Source: Candidatus Saccharimonadia bacterium
Lineage (GTDB): Bacteria; Patescibacteriota; Saccharimonadia; UBA4664
Assembly: GCA_038245115.1 (NCBI GenBank)
Contig: JBBRSS010000004.1
Coordinates: 1,804 to 65,803 of the forward strand
Direction: 5' to 3'
DNA length: 64,000 bases
The position numbers were made by a program, and so were the translations under genes. Shown here one piece after another: positions 60,347-64,000 of the stretch. Below the pieces are notes generated by a model. The model did not search any database. It was given only the letters and a program-made list of their open reading frames with translations, and was not told the origin of the DNA. How positions within the stretch are numbered: the first letter of the stretch is position 1; every line of letters begins with the position of its first letter.

Positions 60347-62125
60347 ATGATGCGTAAACTCATGTCTTCACGCCAAACCTCGTTTGCTGTTGTTGGCCTC
60401 GCTGTAATGGTGGTTGGCTTCCCGGTCCTGTACCTCTTGGTAGAGGTCGCCGGACTCAACCCTAGCTCTGCAAAGCTGGTTGAGCTGGGTGTATCAATCC
60501 AGCTTAACTACATCGGCAATCGAACCTTCACTTGGCGCGACCGCGAGTCCGGGTCGTGGCTGGGCGGCCTTGTTCGGGCCAACCTGTCGCGAGCTGGCTC
60601 GGCCATATTGTCCTGGGCCGTGTTCGTCGCCCTCAACAACCACTTCGGGGTTGGCTACCTTTTCGCCTCGGCCATCAGCGTGATCTCCGCAATGGGGATA
60701 AATTACGCTGCCAGCCATTACTGGGTCTTCCGGGACCCGAAAACAGCCCGTCGATTCAGCGTACCGGATCTGGCTATGCTCACAAGGCTGGCCCGTATCG
60801 GCGGTGGAATCGCCGCCACGATTATGATCTGGAGATTGCTCGGCACAACCGGGCTGATCTACGCCGGCGTGCTAGTGTTTGTCGCCGTTATGTTCTTCGT
60901 GGCCATCAGTTCGTTGTGGCTCAGTCTGTATGCCTGGCACTCGCCAGAGCATATGGAGTCCGTTGGGTTCGACACCCCTCAGGAGCCGCAAAACAGTTTC
61001 TCAATTGTCATACCGGTTCGGGACGAGGCTATTAATGTCCTGCGACCGACCGTCCAGGCCCTTGTCAACCAGAGCCACCCAGATTTTGAAATCATTCTGG
61101 TGGTCTCGGGTGAAGACGATGAAGATACGCGACTGGCAGCTGAATCTCTGCGCGACGACAACCCGGGGTCAATCCAGGTTGTTTATGTGACCGGTCGCAA
61201 GAATAAGCCGCTGGCACTAATAGCGGCAACGCCGTTGTGTACCAAAGATGTGTTCAGCATATTCGACGCCGAAAGCATTGCCGCGCCGGACCTGCTCATC
61301 CACGTGGATACCAAGTTCGTGACCTCCGGTGCCGACGTGGTGCAGGCGGGAGTTCAGCTGATGAACCACGACGATTCATGGTATTCCTTGCTCAACTGTC
61401 TAGAGTACTACCGCTGGTTCAAAAGCCGTCTTCACTGGCATGCGAACGAAGGGTTTATTACCCTCGGCGGCAATACTGTTTTCATAAAGCGGGAGGCCCT
61501 GCAGGCGGTCGGAGGCTACGACGGTAACATGTTGGCCGAAGATGCCGAAATTGGCGGGCGTCTGAGCGTCGCCGGGTACAAGGTGGCCGTTGCTTACGAC
61601 CCCAAACTGTCCACGCGTGAGGAAACCCCGGAGAGTGTCCCCAGCCTCGTGCGCCAACGCCGACGTTGGATGCAAGGATTCTTCCAGGCCTACAGTAAAG
61701 GAGATTGGCGTCAGTTGCCCACATTGCGGCAAAGAATGCTCGCCCGCTACACCCTGTTGATGCCGGCGTTCCAAGCTGCGTCCGGGCTTCTTATCCCGGT
61801 GTCCTTTGGCGCAGTATTCCTAGTGAAAGTACCAACCCTGTTGGCTTTGGCGACATTCTTGCCAATCATTCCGTCTCTCGCGACTATGGCCGCGGATCTT
61901 GTGGCTATGCGGGAGTTCGGAAGGGATTTCGATCTGAAGATCACATTGAAGCACCGCCTGCAGCTGGTGCTGGGGACCATGGTCTACCAGTCGCTCCTCT
62001 CGGCCGCTGCCGTTAGTGCTGCGTACCGTCACCTTCGTGGCATAAACGTGTGGGACAAGACCGCCCACTCCGGAAGCCATCACAAGTCCGAAGACACTCT
62101 CACGACTTCAGAGGAGTCAGTATGA
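60347..62125 (+). CDS. GtrA-domain / family 2 glycosyltransferase fusion
   Basis: N-terminal NY..NR.FTW and NY..SHYWVF (GtrA); IP.RDE, KP.AL, FDAE, AED, QRRRW (GT2). Confidence 0.88.
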   Translation: MMRKLMSSRQTSFAVVGLAVMVVGFPVLYLLVEVAGLNPSSAKLVELGVSIQLNYIGNRTFTWRDRESGSWLGGLVRANLSRAGSAILSWAVFVALNNHFGVGYLFASAISVISAMGINYAASHYWVFRDPKTARRFSVPDLAMLTRLARIGGGIAATIMIWRLLGTTGLIYAGVLVFVAVMFFVAISSLWLSLYAWHSPEHMESVGFDTPQEPQNSFSIVIPVRDEAINVLRPTVQALVNQSHPDFEIILVVSGEDDEDTRLAAESLRDDNPGSIQVVYVTGRKNKPLALIAATPLCTKDVFSIFDAESIAAPDLLIHVDTKFVTSGADVVQAGVQLMNHDDSWYSLLNCLEYYRWFKSRLHWHANEGFITLGGNTVFIKREALQAVGGYDGNMLAEDAEIGGRLSVAGYKVAVAYDPKLSTREETPESVPSLVRQRRRWMQGFFQAYSKGDWRQLPTLRQRMLARYTLLMPAFQAASGLLIPVSFGAVFLVKVPTLLALATFLPIIPSLATMAADLVAMREFGRDFDLKITLKHRLQLVLGTMVYQSLLSAAAVSAAYRHLRGINVWDKTAHSGSHHKSEDTLTTSEESV

Positions 62126-63804
62126 GCAATGCAAAAACGGACGCCTCGCCAGCAAGTCAGCCCACGTCTACCGACTGGGCGGGACTCGGAGGTACTTTTA
62201 TTCGGTTCTGGCAGCGGTTCGCAAGGCGTATGTGGAGTGACCCAGTCATTATTGTTGGGTTGCTCCTTGTCGCCGGGCTGGTTCATGGTCTGCAAATGAC
62301 CGTGACTCCGTCGCTGCTAACCACCGACGACGAAGGAACCTACGTCGCACAGGCCTGGGCTATCCTCTACAAAGGAGCCCTCGCTCACTACACGTACTGG
62401 ATGGACCATCCGCCCGGGGGATGGATTCAGATGGCCGGTTGGGCCTGGTTAACCCATGCCTTCGACCGGTACGACTCGGCCATCGCCGTTGGCCGCGAGT
62501 TCATGCTAGTGGCAACCCTGGCCAGCGTGGCCTTGCTCTATCTTCTGGCTAAGCGCCTCGGGATGAACAAGTTCTTCTCAATCGGAGCAGTGGCATTGTT
62601 TGCGCTGAGCCCGTTGGCAGTTTATACCCACCGGCTAACGTTCCTGGATAACATCGCCATCCCATGGGTGCTGGCCGCGTTTCTGTTGGCTGCCTCACCG
62701 CGCAACCGGCTGGCAGCTGTCATTGGCTCGGCCGTGTGTTTCGGGGTGGCGGTTCTGACCAAAGAAACCATCCTGGTGGTTTTGCCGGCCCTCCTGTGGC
62801 AGCTCCGTCAGGGCACGCACCCTCGGACCAGACGGATGAGTTACTTTCTCTGGTCCGTATTTGCCGGGTGTGTGGGCTTTATCTACATACTGATGGCAAT
62901 CGTCAAAAACGAATTATTGCCGGGGCCCGGCCACGTCGACTTGCTGTACGCCATCCGGTGGCAGCTGTTCGATCGGGCCTCAAGCGGCAGTTTCTTCGAT
63001 CCCACAAGTGCCGCGAGTGTGATTGTTCACTCATGGGTTCGGCTCGACCCGTGGTTGATCGGCTTGGCAGTGGCTCTTGCGTTGCCGGCGATGTTGCGCC
63101 GGCAACTTCGACCTGTGGCGCTGGCGTTTGTTATCCAGATTGCAGTCATGCTGCGCCCGGGTGGCTACTTGCCTCAGCCTTATGTGATTGCCCTGATCCC
63201 GTTCGCCGCCCTCATTGTGGCGGGCGCGGTCGGGGCATTGTGGAACTCCGGGCTGCTGAACCGCTTCCATCTGTTGCGCAACCAGATACCCCGCACGGGG
63301 TTCTCGTACGCGCAGGTTCTGGTACAGGCGCCCGCTTTGGCCATTGTGGCCGTGTTTGGTCTGGTAATCGCGGTTCCCCAGTGGTCGCCGCGTCTCCACG
63401 ACCTCATGACCGATGACCGTAACGTGTCGGTTCGACAGACCATGGAGTGGGTCGAGACCCATATCCCGACCAAGAAAGGGGATGCCAGCCCTGTCCACAT
63501 CCTGGTGAGCGACGCTATGTGGGTTGATCTGAAACGGCTAGGCTATGCGCCTGACTGGTACTTCAAGGTCGACCTGGATCCCGCCGTGAAGGCCAATTAC
63601 CCGCAAGGTTGGCAAGATGTCGATTACGTGATCTTCACCAACGAGATGAACGAGATCGCCAAGTCCGACTCCAAGGCCGACATGACCACAACGCTCGCTT
63701 CACGCAAGCACGGAACCCTAGTGGCTAAGTTTGGTTCGCTCAGCGAGACAATTTGGATCTACCAGGTACACAAACCCCTCCGGACTAGTTCCGGTACCGG
63801 CTAA
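62122..63804 (+). CDS. GT-C (PMT/ArnT-like) membrane glycosyltransferase
   Basis: DDEGTY.AQAW, DHPP.G, LDN, LTKET, multiple TM. Confidence 0.88.
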   Translation: MSNAKTDASPASQPTSTDWAGLGGTFIRFWQRFARRMWSDPVIIVGLLLVAGLVHGLQMTVTPSLLTTDDEGTYVAQAWAILYKGALAHYTYWMDHPPGGWIQMAGWAWLTHAFDRYDSAIAVGREFMLVATLASVALLYLLAKRLGMNKFFSIGAVALFALSPLAVYTHRLTFLDNIAIPWVLAAFLLAASPRNRLAAVIGSAVCFGVAVLTKETILVVLPALLWQLRQGTHPRTRRMSYFLWSVFAGCVGFIYILMAIVKNELLPGPGHVDLLYAIRWQLFDRASSGSFFDPTSAASVIVHSWVRLDPWLIGLAVALALPAMLRRQLRPVALAFVIQIAVMLRPGGYLPQPYVIALIPFAALIVAGAVGALWNSGLLNRFHLLRNQIPRTGFSYAQVLVQAPALAIVAVFGLVIAVPQWSPRLHDLMTDDRNVSVRQTMEWVETHIPTKKGDASPVHILVSDAMWVDLKRLGYAPDWYFKVDLDPAVKANYPQGWQDVDYVIFTNEMNEIAKSDSKADMTTTLASRKHGTLVAKFGSLSETIWIYQVHKPLRTSSGTG

Positions 63805-63828
63805 TCGGCCACAAACCGAAAGGCCGGC

Positions 63829-63875
63829 AGGCCTCCCCAGACGATGCAACCGCATCGTCTGGGGAGGCCTTTTTT
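63829..63875 (+). terminator. Intrinsic terminator
   Basis: 19-bp perfect stem AGGCCTCCCCAGACGATGC, loop AACC, T-tract. Confidence 0.9.
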
Positions 63876-63901
63876 CTGGGCCTACATCTTGGCGTTATGG
63901 A

Positions 63902-64000
63902 TTAATTTAGTTTCGATAAACTGAAGGCCGCCATAGCGCCGCCATCGTTTTCGTAATACTCGATGACAATACTGACGCTGCCGTTCGACGCAGTAGTAAA
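63902..64000 (-). CDS. 3' end of a probable PA14-domain protein (partial)
   Basis: FTTASNGSVSIVIEYYENDGGAMAAFSLSKLN*; IEYYEN.GGA is typical of PA14 C-termini. Confidence 0.55.
   Translation of the reverse strand, partial: FTTASNGSVSIVIEYYENDGGAMAAFSLSKLN

Overview
Gene-dense bacterial chromosome segment with no rRNA, tRNA, CRISPR array or transposase that I can support. Gene content (F1Fo operon with a short delta subunit, split transketolase, class II aldolase plus PfkB cluster, many small orphan membrane proteins) suggests a Patescibacteria/CPR organism, probably Saccharibacteria-like; this is inference. Contents in order: a decayed AlkZ-like gene; EamA, MMPL and ABC transporters; a redox island at about 4-16 kb; trhO, pgi, an orphan histidine kinase; a complete atp operon; pgl, pyrD, msrA, guaA; a GNAT-lipase-PLD operon; galU, a D-2-hydroxyacid dehydrogenase, ppa; a gap/rpiB/rpe/tkt/fba/pfkB cluster interrupted by orphan genes; and a GtrA-GT2 plus GT-C glycosylation pair. 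The best candidate for an undescribed system is the redox island. It has a stand-alone cytochrome b behind a perfect CRP/FNR-type box, a flavinylated FMN-binding protein, two signal-less ApbE enzymes, an RnfD-like/FNR fusion, a ferric-reductase/FNR protein and a DsbB-like protein lacking one catalytic Cys. Other notable items are a free-standing structured ncRNA (about 39482-39617), tandem divergent beta-carbonic-anhydrase-like genes, a candidate attenuator in front of the atp operon, widespread leaderless-type promoters and several unannotated small ORFs. All product calls come from motif recognition by eye; no database searches were run.
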